From NCBI GenBank assembly GCA_963740315.1, contig CAVUDP010000002.1, positions 1,536,001 through 1,600,000 on the forward strand: 64,000 nt of DNA, given 5' to 3'. The notes beneath the pieces are model-generated. The model ran no database searches, had not been told where the DNA came from, and worked only from the letters and a program-made list of their open reading frames with translations. The position numbers and the translations under genes are program-made. Below, one piece after another: positions 1 to 9,913 of the stretch; position 1 is the first letter of the stretch; each line of letters begins with the position of its first letter. This DNA comes from an uncultured cyanobacterium. Its GTDB lineage: Bacteria; Cyanobacteriota; Cyanobacteriia; Cyanobacteriales; Nostocaceae.

Positions 1-364
1 GTTTTGTCAATTCTAATTTTTTAACTAACAGAAGATACAAATCCTTATCTTCAACTACTTCCTGAGATTGGTAAATTATATTATCTTCTGTATTAAGTAC
101 TAACAGCGCAATCGGAATTTTTGTATTTGCTCCTAATATATTAGATAGTAATTCTGTATACTCCTGCCATCGCGGTTCCTCGTAAAATTGCGGTGGTTTT
201 CTACCGGGTGGACGCATCAAATAATTAACAATTTGTGTATCTAAACGGTTAACCTTAGCGTTGTAAATCTGGAACCAGGAAACCGCACCAAAACCCACCA
301 AAGCGCTACCAGCAAGAGCCGCAGAGAATAAAGCAATCCGGAGCCGAAACGAAGATAGTTTCAT
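1..364 (-). CDS. Probable sensor histidine kinase, N-terminal part (runs off the window)
   Basis: ATG at 364 overlaps the response-regulator stop (ATGA). Translates as MKLSSFRLRIALFSAALAGSALVGFGAVSWFQIYNAK..., a TM helix followed by an extracytoplasmic region. The kinase domains are not visible, so the call rests on context. Confidence 0.75.
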   Translation of the reverse strand, partial: MKLSSFRLRIALFSAALAGSALVGFGAVSWFQIYNAKVNRLDTQIVNYLMRPPGRKPPQFYEEPRWQEYTELLSNILGANTKIPIALLVLNTEDNIIYQSQEVVEDKDLYLLLVKKLELTK

Positions 365-1044
365 AAACCAGCATCTACTTGACGAAACCGATAACCAACC
401 CCGCGAATACTTTCAATCAATTCTTCCTTATTGATGGGGTCAATTTTTTTACGAATCCGCTGAATGCAAACATCAACAACGTTAGTATTCGGATTAAAAT
501 CATAACCCCAAACGTGTTCTAATATTTGGGTACGAGTAAAAACCCTACCAGGCGATCGCATTAAATATTCCAGCAGATTAAACTCGCGAGTGGTAAGCTC
601 AATAGCTTTTTGACTACAAGTAACTTCCCTAGTAATTCGATCTAGCTTCAAAGCTCCTACAGCCAGAAAATTTTGCCGCTCTCCGACACTACGACGAATC
701 ACGGCATGAATTCGAGCTACCAATTCTTCCACAAAAAACGGTTTAGCAATGTAATCATCAGCACCTAAATTTAAACCTTGCAAGCGATCGTCAAGTTCGT
801 TGCGAGCCGTTAATAAAATTATCGGAGTATTTCTACCTTCCCGACGCAAATGTTTGAGAATTGATAAACCATCTTTTCCCGGCACCATAATATCTAAAAC
901 AATCGCATCATATTCATTATCTAAAGCTTGCAAATAACCATCATTACCATTGTCACAGTAATCGACAGTAAACCCCTGCTCCTTCAAACCAGCCCGAACA
1001 AAATCAGCAATTTTCGCTTCATCTTCAACAAATAGAATATTCAC
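361..1044 (-). CDS. OmpR-family response regulator (CusR/HprR-like)
   Basis: Receiver domain (VEDE, LDIMVP, LTAR, DDYIAKPF) plus winged HTH (TREFNLL, VVDVCIQRIRKK, RGVGY). Confidence 0.95.
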   Translation of the reverse strand: MNILFVEDEAKIADFVRAGLKEQGFTVDYCDNGNDGYLQALDNEYDAIVLDIMVPGKDGLSILKHLRREGRNTPIILLTARNELDDRLQGLNLGADDYIAKPFFVEELVARIHAVIRRSVGERQNFLAVGALKLDRITREVTCSQKAIELTTREFNLLEYLMRSPGRVFTRTQILEHVWGYDFNPNTNVVDVCIQRIRKKIDPINKEELIESIRGVGYRFRQVDAGL

Positions 1045-1104
1045 AACTATTCTATGGCTTCTGCATGTGACAATCTATTTTACACTTGCTACTCAAAAAC
1101 TAAA

Positions 1105-1120
1105 ATTACAATTTTGTAAT
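1105..1120. promoter_or_regulatory. Palindromic operator ATTACA-ATTT-TGTAAT, copy 1
   Basis: About 60 bp upstream of the regulator start; resembles the E. coli CusR/HprR box. Confidence 0.75.
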
Positions 1121-1208
1121 CAAGAATTATTATTTAAATTTAATAAAGCTCAATAATTTTGGTTACTCAACTTTATTCAGTTAAACCAAAATGGATATTG
1201 GTTTCAAC

Positions 1209-2294
1209 TTAGCGACGAGGAGGAAGTCCAGGTGGTATTTTACCCTGCGGTGGTCTACCACCCCTTTCATCTTGCTGACCTTGTACCAAAGTTCCATGAA
1301 AACAAGAAATTACTGAATTTTTTACTGCTTTATTTGCGTGATAATGGTATCCTATCCCTTCAACATCATGACCTCCGCACTCATCCAGTTCTGGAGTTTG
1401 ATTACTTTCTTCATAAGCACTATGAATAGGAAATCCATCCATCGCATACCCAACTAATTTCGTTTCACCATCAACTTTGCTTTCGACACCAAAACATCCA
1501 GTAATACCATGTTGGTGATACCCAGTTACTGGATTAATATGACCTCCACAATCATCAAAAGCAGCGATAGTATAAGCTGAAAGTATTGCTTGTACGGGTG
1601 CTGGACCATCAATCACAACCCCATTAATAGTTACTCCAACTCTATTTCCAATATTGGTAACGGTATCACTTTTGACTGGGTTTGCAGGTATTTCAACAGT
1701 AGTTTGAATCGGTGAACCACCTTCAAGCCATTCTATTTTTCCTTCGACACAATTGTATTTATATTCCTCTTCTACTTGAGGTTTAGCCGCTCCTTCAAAC
1801 TCTTCTTCTGTATCGGTAATATTTACATTACCTTTTGAATCGTATAGTACAAATTTCTCATCATTGTATATTTCTGGAAGTTTCATAATAAACTCACCAT
1901 CTAAATTGTAGATGTTCTCACCATCTAGCCAAATACCAGTTGTTTCTTTAGAGTCAGCCGTTGTTCTCGGACAAAATGGTCCCGCTTCATAGTTAGATGG
2001 GTATCCGCTGACAGTAATTGATTTACAAGTAGTTTGAGTTCCATTTACCAAAGTACAATCCTTAGTGGTAATATCTTTTACAAGTGCATTTTCTAGAAAC
2101 GTCATACCAAGGGTTTCGTATTTTGTAGAAGCGGTTTTTGTTTCTTTACTGCTATTTTGCTCACTAACTTCACTTATGTTTCCATTACTTGCACTTGGTG
2201 TTTGTTTCGTGCAACTGAATGATGAGCCTGCTGCAAGAATTCCTACAAGAATAAGAATTGAAAGTCGTGTTTGCATCTGCATATAATCTCTCAC
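1209..2294 (-). CDS. YHYH-domain protein, probably exported or a lipoprotein
   Basis: Hydrophobic N-terminus ending SFSC; motifs FDDCGGH..YHQH, GYAMDGFPI, LDECGGH..YHYH. The start could be the ATG at 2282. Confidence 0.85.
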   Translation of the reverse strand: MRDYMQMQTRLSILILVGILAAGSSFSCTKQTPSASNGNISEVSEQNSSKETKTASTKYETLGMTFLENALVKDITTKDCTLVNGTQTTCKSITVSGYPSNYEAGPFCPRTTADSKETTGIWLDGENIYNLDGEFIMKLPEIYNDEKFVLYDSKGNVNITDTEEEFEGAAKPQVEEEYKYNCVEGKIEWLEGGSPIQTTVEIPANPVKSDTVTNIGNRVGVTINGVVIDGPAPVQAILSAYTIAAFDDCGGHINPVTGYHQHGITGCFGVESKVDGETKLVGYAMDGFPIHSAYEESNQTPELDECGGHDVEGIGYHYHANKAVKNSVISCFHGTLVQGQQDERGGRPPQGKIPPGLPPRR

Positions 2295-2460
2295 TTAACT
2301 ACTATTAGCCTGGATATGTCACAAAGGGCGAAAAAAAAGGGTGCTAAAAACTGTGGAAACGTTTTTTTAAGAGCATATCAGCAGTTTTTAGTTATGACCC
2401 TATGAAAACATATTTTAGACCATAACAATTACTTTTTGAAGACAAAATTCACGTCCTAAA

Positions 2461-2476
2461 ATTACAATTTTGTAAT
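2461..2476. promoter_or_regulatory. Palindromic operator ATTACA-ATTT-TGTAAT, copy 2
   Basis: 21 bp identical to copy 1 (2456-2476 vs 1100-1120); upstream of the YHYH gene. Confidence 0.75.
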
Positions 2477-2613
2477 TAAAACAGATAGTAAACTTTGTTT
2501 TGCTAATACCGTAACACTAAACTACACTATTAGCAGAGAAGCTAATTTTGATAGTGAAGTCTATGATAGAAATATAATTCTCCTCAATTCATTAAAGAGG
2601 AATGTCTTCATAA

Positions 2614-2654
2614 GCAAAACCTTCACAAGCGATGAATACTTGTGAAGGTTTTGC
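2614..2654 (-). terminator. Inverted repeat, likely terminator
   Basis: GCAAAACCTTCACAAG-N9-CTTGTGAAGGTTTTGC, a perfect 16-bp stem downstream of 2688..2963. Confidence 0.65.
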
Positions 2655-2687
2655 GTTCGCATTACAAAAAAAGCAAAGGTACTTTTT

Positions 2688-2963
2688 CTATCTCCGGACT
2701 CTAACTAATTTACATTCGCGAACAGTTCTAACACCTCCTCTTACTCGAACACGTTTGTTAACGCAAACCTCTTTGAAATCATTTTTATTAACTCTTTGCT
2801 TCTTTTGACCTCCTAAATTAACATTTACATCAACTACATCAACAACCTTATTTCTTCCATAACCGTTGTCAGAAGAATGGTAGGGACTTGCCGATACAGG
2901 TAATGCAGTAGTTGCCAACGATACCATTATTAATATTCCCGTTGAAACTTTATCCCAGTTCAT
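2688..2963 (-). CDS. Small secreted protein with Arg/Val-rich two-Cys C-terminus
   Basis: Signal peptide (…ALPVSA), purine-rich RBS (AAGAGGG) upstream and a hairpin downstream. Confidence 0.8.
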   Translation of the reverse strand: MNWDKVSTGILIMVSLATTALPVSASPYHSSDNGYGRNKVVDVVDVNVNLGGQKKQRVNKNDFKEVCVNKRVRVRGGVRTVRECKLVRVRR

Positions 2964-3173
2964 AATTAACCCTCTTAAAATGAGTGGATAATCAAATACT
3001 AGAGAATATTCGGATTCATAACCTGTATCTTTTCTCCTAAAAAATAGTGTCTTTTATCCCTATACAATTCAGTACTTTTATCACTTGACATAATGTTATT
3101 TCAAGGTATTATTCATCCTAAATATACCTCTCTCTATTACCGAATTGAGGGTGACATGATGACACTGAGAAAA

Positions 3174-3189
3174 ATTACAAAATTGTAAT
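3174..3189. promoter_or_regulatory. Palindromic operator ATTACA-AAAT-TGTAAT, copy 3
   Basis: Exact reverse complement of copies 1 and 2; lies between the divergent genes 2688..2963 and 3262..3777. Confidence 0.75.
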
Positions 3190-3261
3190 CAAAAACCATA
3201 CTTAACTGTAATTTTCAACTGGCTTAATCATAAATGTAAGCAACTTATTCAGAGTTTAATC

Positions 3262-3777
3262 ATGAAACTTAATCAAGTACTAATATTAACCGCAATTCCC
3301 GCGTTACTTGGAACATTAGCATTTACTTCAATCAATAAAACCGACGCAGCAGACACAACTCAAATTATGGCTCAAAACCAACCTGAAGAAAAAGGCAGAC
3401 GACGCGGACCAGATTTTGCAGCAGCAGCTACTAAATTAGGAATAACCGAGCAACAATTAAAAGATGCATTGGGACGACCACCACAACCAGATTTTGCAGC
3501 AGTAGCGAGCAAGTTAGGAACTAGCGAAGGAGAACTAAAAGAAGCTCTAGGTGTTCCCGAAAATCCTCCCGAAGCTGGGGAAGGACAAAGACCACCCAGA
3601 CCTGATTTTACAGCAGCAGCAGCAAAATTAGGTGTAACCGAACAACAAATCAAAGAAGCCTTTGGACCACGACCCAGACCTGATTTGAATGCAGCAGCAA
3701 GCAAGTTAGGAATTAGCGAAGAACAACTAAAAGAAGCTCTAGGAGTTCCCGAAAATCCTCCCGAACGTCCCGAATAA
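3262..3777 (+). CDS. Secreted protein with four PD(F/L)xAxAxKLGx(T/S)ExxLKxAxG repeats
   Basis: Signal peptide; A-B-A-B internal duplication with Pro-rich linkers. Confidence 0.9.
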   Translation: MKLNQVLILTAIPALLGTLAFTSINKTDAADTTQIMAQNQPEEKGRRRGPDFAAAATKLGITEQQLKDALGRPPQPDFAAVASKLGTSEGELKEALGVPENPPEAGEGQRPPRPDFTAAAAKLGVTEQQIKEAFGPRPRPDLNAAASKLGISEEQLKEALGVPENPPERPE

Positions 3778-3789
3778 CTGTTAAAATAG

Positions 3790-3952
3790 CCCCCCTTTTT
3801 AAGGGGGGATCTTAAAGGTGTGAAATACTATTTGATTAGTAATGAAATGGTTTGTTTATTCGGTAAATTTTGGGAGACGTAGCAGTGCGGAGATTTCTAC
3901 ATTTATGGGATAACGAAAAGCCCCCCAAATTAGCGGGGGGTTGGGGGGATCT
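3790..3952. repeat. Cluster of short palindromic (REP-like) repeats between convergent genes
   Basis: CCCCCCTTTTTAAGGGGGG (3790-3808), GAGACGTAGCAGTGC family copy (3871-3901), CCCCCC-N8-GGGGGG (3921-3940). Confidence 0.7.
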
Positions 3953-3968
3953 TACAGATGCGAAATAT

Positions 3969-5084
3969 CTACACCGCCACCTCAGACTGTTGATAGGTAG
4001 GAAAATCTGTATAACCTTCCGCTTCAAAGGAATACCAAATAGCCGGTTTTGGATCGGGATTAAGCTCCCAACCGTTAGCAAAACGAGCAACCAAATCGGG
4101 ATTGCTAATAATCGATCTACCAAAAGCAATTAAATCAGCATTACCATCAGCGATCGCCTTTTCTGCACTTTCTTTGTCGTAACCGCAGTTACCTATTAAG
4201 ATACCGTCATAGATTTTTCTCAATTCGGCTAAAGTCATTGGCTCTCCTAATTCGTGGAAACCAAAACCCAAACCGTCAAGTACGTGGAGATAACTTAATT
4301 CATATTGATTTAACTGCTCGATTACATAAGTAAAGGTTTCCCGATAATCTGGCGAACCCATATCATTGTAATTACCGTTGGGTGAAAGTCTTACTCCCAC
4401 TCTCGAAGCATCCCATACGGTAAGAATTGATTCGATAATTTCTTGCAAAAACCGAAAGCGATTTTCTAAACTACCACCATATTTATCTGTACGCTGATTG
4501 GTTTTAGATTGCAAAAATTCATCGATGATGTAGCCGTTTGCACCGTGAATTTCCACTCCATCAAAACCAGCTTGTTTGGCATTTGCTGCGGCTTGACGAT
4601 AATCTTCCACAACTTGGGAAACTTCTGCTGTTTGTAGCGCTCTAGGAATTTCATGAGGCTGTTTACCATTTGGTGTATGAGCTTCCGAGCCTTCAAGTTT
4701 AATTGCCGAAGGTGCAACTGGAAGCCGATCATTTTCCTGAAAACTGCTGTGAGAAGACCTACCCGTATGCCACAATTGCAGAAAAATCGGCGTACCTTTG
4801 GCGTGTACGGCATCAACTACTTGTTTCCAAGCTTCTGTTTGTTCCTTAGTATAAATACCAGGTGTATGCAGCCAGCCATTTGCTTGTTTGGAAATAGTAG
4901 TACCTTCAGTAATAATTAAACCCGCACCTGCTCGTTGAGCGTAATATTCTGCCATTAAAGCGTTAGGCATTCTTTCGGCACCCGCACGAGAGCGAGTCAA
5001 GGGAGCCATTACCACGCGGTTTTTTAGAGAAAGATTACCAAGATTGAAAGCACACAGGAGGTGAGAAAGGTTTGATGATGTCAT
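3969..5084 (-). CDS. nemA: Old yellow enzyme family alkene reductase (NemA-like)
   Basis: NRVVMAPLTRSRA, LQLWHTGR, GFDGVEIHGANGY, RTDKYGGS, AFGR..ISNPDL. Start moved to the ATG at 5084 because the upstream extension runs through a palindromic repeat. Confidence 0.92.
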   Translation of the reverse strand: MTSSNLSHLLCAFNLGNLSLKNRVVMAPLTRSRAGAERMPNALMAEYYAQRAGAGLIITEGTTISKQANGWLHTPGIYTKEQTEAWKQVVDAVHAKGTPIFLQLWHTGRSSHSSFQENDRLPVAPSAIKLEGSEAHTPNGKQPHEIPRALQTAEVSQVVEDYRQAAANAKQAGFDGVEIHGANGYIIDEFLQSKTNQRTDKYGGSLENRFRFLQEIIESILTVWDASRVGVRLSPNGNYNDMGSPDYRETFTYVIEQLNQYELSYLHVLDGLGFGFHELGEPMTLAELRKIYDGILIGNCGYDKESAEKAIADGNADLIAFGRSIISNPDLVARFANGWELNPDPKPAIWYSFEAEGYTDFPTYQQSEVAV

Positions 5085-5118
5085 ATTTATTGATGAGATA
5101 AGTTGTAATATCGCGTTT

Positions 5119-5168
5119 GTTGGTAGTAAGCGATTCATCGCTTAAAGGGCTAAAGCCCAACTACGAAC
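5119..5168. repeat. REP-like double hairpin GTAGTAAGCG..CGCTTA / GGGCTAAAGCCC..ACTACGAAC
   Basis: Two short palindromes bounded by GTAGT/ACTAC; related to the repeat unit at 11.1-11.6 kb. Confidence 0.6.
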
Positions 5169-5174
5169 CTTGAC

Positions 5175-5807
5175 TTAAGCACAAACATTTTTAACGCTGG
5201 CAAGATTCTTAGTTTGCTCCCACCAAGCTTTTAATTTAGGTGTTTGAGTCGTAACTGCGTCAAATTGAGGAGTCTTTGACAAATAAACGAAAATCGGAAT
5301 CAGATGAAAATCGGCAAGACTTATCTCGCTACCAAGTAAGAAAGGACTGCCGATAAACAAGTCTTCAATTGCTTTTAAAGCTTTTTGGGTAGGTGCTACT
5401 GCTTCTTTGACTGCTTCTTTATCAGTTTCACCTCCCTGACTGGGTACAATTAAATTTTGAATCACAATTTTACCAACGGCAGGAGGATAAAGATAGTTAT
5501 CAACGATCGCCATAATCTGAAGCATTCGAGCTTGCATCAAGATATCCGAGGGACTATATTTACTCCCAGCCATTTTTTCATTTATATAGTAAGTAATCGC
5601 GGTTGTTTCATAAATTTTTTCTCCGTCAACTTCCATCGTGGGGATTTTCCCAAAGGGATGCTTGGCTAAATAATCATCTGTCTCGTTCTCACCATTAAAA
5701 ATATTGATCTCTTTCAAGTCATAATCAATATTTGCTTCTGCTAGTAAAAGTCGCACAGTGCGGACATAAGTACTTTGAGGTATACCGTAAACAGTTAAAT
5801 TGGGCAT
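5175..5807 (-). CDS. Glutathione S-transferase
   Basis: STYVRTVR, HPFGKIP, YETTAI, SLADFHLIP. Confidence 0.93.
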   Translation of the reverse strand: MPNLTVYGIPQSTYVRTVRLLLAEANIDYDLKEINIFNGENETDDYLAKHPFGKIPTMEVDGEKIYETTAITYYINEKMAGSKYSPSDILMQARMLQIMAIVDNYLYPPAVGKIVIQNLIVPSQGGETDKEAVKEAVAPTQKALKAIEDLFIGSPFLLGSEISLADFHLIPIFVYLSKTPQFDAVTTQTPKLKAWWEQTKNLASVKNVCA

Positions 5808-5835
5808 GGTTGAGATAATTAAGTTTTTGATTGTA

Positions 5836-6813
<978 letters not shown>

Positions 6814-6839
6814 ATTACCTGTTCTCAGATTGTTAATTC

Positions 6840-7577
6840 CTAAAGTTCTTGCTTGGTAGGACGGATAATCATCTCGTTGACATCAACATCTTCTGGCTGC
6901 TCGATCGCAAAGGTAATAGCACGAGCGATCGCATCGGAATCGATAGCCACTGAATACAGTTGATTCACATTTTTTGCTGTCTCGTCGTGAGAAATTGTAC
7001 TCGTCAATTCGGTATCTACCGCACCAGGGGAAATATTAGTCGCACGAATTTCACCGTTGGATTCGAGTCTAATTCCTTCCGAAATAGCTTTAACCGCAAA
7101 CTTGGTGGCGCAATAAACCGTACCTGTAGCAAATACTTTGTGTCCGGCAACTGAAGAAAGGTTGATTATATGACCGGATTTTTGTTGTCGCATTATTGGC
7201 AATACCGCAGCGATCGCGTACAAAACCCCTTTGATATTCACGTCTACCATCTTGTCCCACTCATCAACCTTGGTTTGATCCAAAGGTGATAAAGGCATCA
7301 AACCTGCATTGTTAACCAAAACATCTATACGTTCGTAAGCTTGATGAGTCGCTTTCGCTAATGCTTCTACTTGAGATTTATCTGTCACATCTGTAACTTG
7401 ATACTTTGCAGTACCGCCATCTTTTTGAATATCAGCAACCAATTCCTTGAGACGCTCTTCTCGTCTGGCTGCGAGCATTAATTTAGCGCCATTTTTAGCC
7501 AACCTACGGGCAGTAGCTTCACCTAAACCGCTGCTTGCTCCGGTAATAATGACAACTTTATCTTTAATCTCAGACAT
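6840..7577 (-). CDS. SDR-family oxidoreductase
   Basis: [17 protein letters not shown]. Confidence 0.95.
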   Translation of the reverse strand: MSEIKDKVVIITGASSGLGEATARRLAKNGAKLMLAARREERLKELVADIQKDGGTAKYQVTDVTDKSQVEALAKATHQAYERIDVLVNNAGLMPLSPLDQTKVDEWDKMVDVNIKGVLYAIAAVLPIMRQQKSGHIINLSSVAGHKVFATGTVYCATKFAVKAISEGIRLESNGEIRATNISPGAVDTELTSTISHDETAKNVNQLYSVAIDSDAIARAITFAIEQPEDVDVNEMIIRPTKQEL

Positions 7578-7597
7578 AATTAATCCTTACTAACTAG

Positions 7598-7612
7598 TAG
7601 ACCAGTCGTCTA
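7598..7612. promoter_or_regulatory. TetR/NemR-type operator TAGAC-CAGTC-GTCTA
   Basis: Palindrome about 20 bp upstream of the SDR start; identical copy at 8261. Confidence 0.8.
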
Positions 7613-7652
7613 TTAACTAATAAATCCTACTAACTTAAAAATTTGACTTAAT

Positions 7653-8249
7653 CTAACTTGAGGTAGATTTACCTAAAACCTGATGGAATAGAATCTTGAC
7701 AAAGGTTTGCATCGGTACAACGGATTTCGTCACCTTAGCTTGTAAGATAGCTCCTTCCCAACCCGACAAAATAAACTTAGCTAAATCGTCAAGATTGCTA
7801 TCCTCTTTAATTTCTCCTTTTTCGTAAGCTGCTCTTAGACACCGAGCAAAATATTCTTCCCAATCGGCAAACACTTGATTAAGGCGATCGCGAAATAACT
7901 CATTTTGTGCTGACAACTCTTGAGCCAGATTACCAATTAAACAGCCATCACTACAGCAAGAGTTTTCCATCTCTGCAATTTTTGACTCAAAGAAGTTACG
8001 CAATTTGGTTAAAGGAGAAGATCGCCCATCTTCTACAAGCTGTTTCAGTTTATCCTGATATTGAAGGGCAAAATCATCAATAATTGCCAGTCCAAAATCT
8101 TCCTTACTAGAAAAATAATAATAAAACGAACCTTTAGGAACGCTAGCAGTAGTCAATATATCATTAAGACTTGCCGAATTAAATCCTCGTTGGACAATAA
8201 TTTCCCTGCCAACGCGAATAAGTTCGTTACGTTTATCAGTACGTTTCAT
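7653..8249 (-). CDS. TetR-family repressor (NemR-like)
   Basis: HTH with VPKGSFYYYFSSKEDFG; GCLIGNLAQELS; WEGAIL. Confidence 0.92.
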   Translation of the reverse strand: MKRTDKRNELIRVGREIIVQRGFNSASLNDILTTASVPKGSFYYYFSSKEDFGLAIIDDFALQYQDKLKQLVEDGRSSPLTKLRNFFESKIAEMENSCCSDGCLIGNLAQELSAQNELFRDRLNQVFADWEEYFARCLRAAYEKGEIKEDSNLDDLAKFILSGWEGAILQAKVTKSVVPMQTFVKILFHQVLGKSTSS

Positions 8250-8260
8250 AATTTAGATAG

Positions 8261-8275
8261 TAGACCAGTCGTCTA
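8261..8275. promoter_or_regulatory. TetR/NemR-type operator TAGAC-CAGTC-GTCTA (autoregulatory)
   Basis: Directly upstream of the TetR start; 19 bp identical to the 7595-7613 site. Confidence 0.8.
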
Positions 8276-8997
8276 TAATTTTCAATCATAATAGATTCAT
8301 TTTCTTCCCAGTAGAAGTAAGCAGAGTAATAAACTGAAACAATATAAATCTAAGCATTGATTAAATATTTGTATGCAAAAAACTTAACTTATCGAAATAT
8401 TTCGCAATGTTTCTGACCTTTATTGATGCTATTATCAATAGTCCAACAGCAGTATAGGAGTTACAGTGTGTAACATACTATTTGTAGGCTGGCGAAAGTA
8501 ATACGCAGTTTTAATTTAGCTAGTTTAAAGCTAGATAAACCGTTGTTTTTTTGTAGTACGCAGCTTGTTAATTACAGCTATTTTTAGTAAATTACAAAAA
8601 ATAATCCGACTCTTGTTTACATTGCTTAATTTTAGATAGATATCTATTTGATTTAGATTTGGTAAATATGAGATAATGTAAGATTTGATAAACGCAGAGG
8701 AGCGCAAAGGTGAGCGCAAAGTTACGCAGAGTTTTGAGAGAGAGATAAAAATGATATCTACTAACTTGTATTAAGCTTTCAAGATTGCTCTTGATTCCTG
8801 TGCGTTTAAACTTATTATTAACCAATCATCGAAACTCCTTAACCACCTCAATCAAACCAACAATATTACGATTAAACTTTAATAAATCCCCCGCAGGAAT
8901 CCAATATTCTTGATGTCGAGAAGCACCAACAACCTGTACTGAATAATTGCTCAAAAATTCCGCTTTAACTTCAAACTTGGTTACGTAACCAATATTA

Positions 8998-9913
8998 TAG
9001 TCATTCCAAATAGGAAACGTATGAAATAATAGAGATTGAATTAATAACTTTTCCCTTACTGATGACTTATAGTATTGATTTACGGCTATGGCGTAGTTGA
9101 ATTTGTTCAAAATGGTGGTAGCAAAGCACAGGCATCACGGCAATATAAAATAAGTCTGTGGTGTGTAAATAATTGGTGTAAAAGAGACAATTTATCGCCG
9201 CAGCGACAAAAGGGGCGAAATCGGAAATTGGACTGGAAAGCTGTCTCACGTCATATAAAAGAACATCCAGATGCTCTTCTCAGAGAGCGTGCAGAACATT
9301 TTAAAGTGAATACTAATGCTCCGCTGGTACGCTTGCCGCCAAATGAAACTGAGTCGTAAAAAAAACTCTCAGATACAGCGAAAGAAATCATAATCAACGA
9401 ATCGATTACTTAGTGAATCTACGTAAAATAGTAAGTGAAGAAGGTTCAAAAAACCTCGTTTACTTGGATGAGTCGGGTTTTGAGCCGAAGACATATCGAC
9501 CATATGCTTGGTCTGAACGTGGGCAAGAATCTTATGGTGAAAGGAGTGGTAAGCGAGGAATTCGTACTAGTTTAATTGCTGCAAAAAGAGGAGAGCAATT
9601 ACTGGCTCCAGTTTTATTTCAAGGAAGTACTAATGCTTTGTGGTTCAATCAATGGCTCGAAGAACATCTTCTTCCTCAACTAAATCCTAATTCGACTTTA
9701 ATTCTTGATAATGCGGCATTTCACCGCAAAAATGATGTATTCCGTATTGCCCAAGCATCTGGTCATAAAGTTCTATTTTTACCACCATATTCACCAGATT
9801 TTAATCGTATTGAACAAGACTTTGCGATTATAAAAAAAAGGCGCACTTATGCTACTCCAAATACGTCTTTGGATGACATCATCGAATCATACGGAAATTA
9901 TTTGGAATGACTA
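8998..9913 (+). mobile_element. IS630-family insertion sequence (916 bp)
   Basis: Terminal IRs TAGTCATTCCAAATA-N5-CGTATGA at both ends; TA duplication at 8996-8997 and 9914-9915; DDE motifs YLDESG, LDNAAFH, LPPYSPDFNRIE. Confidence 0.95.
9062..9910 (+). pseudogene. IS630 transposase, frameshifted
   Basis: MTYSIDLR start at 9062 is out of frame with VVEFVQNGG; a second shift near 9320-9325 precedes WYACRQMKLSRKK; the A8 run at 9358-9365 is the usual orfA/orfB junction. Confidence 0.85.

Noticed and set aside
8531..8825. Two short minus-strand ORFs
   Set aside because: AT-rich, overlap a CGCA(G/A)AG repeat (about 8691-8733) and show no protein-like features.
8826..9110. 94-aa ORF as an independent gene
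   Set aside because: Chimera of IS left-end sequence and the severed 3' end of the hydrolase fusion gene.
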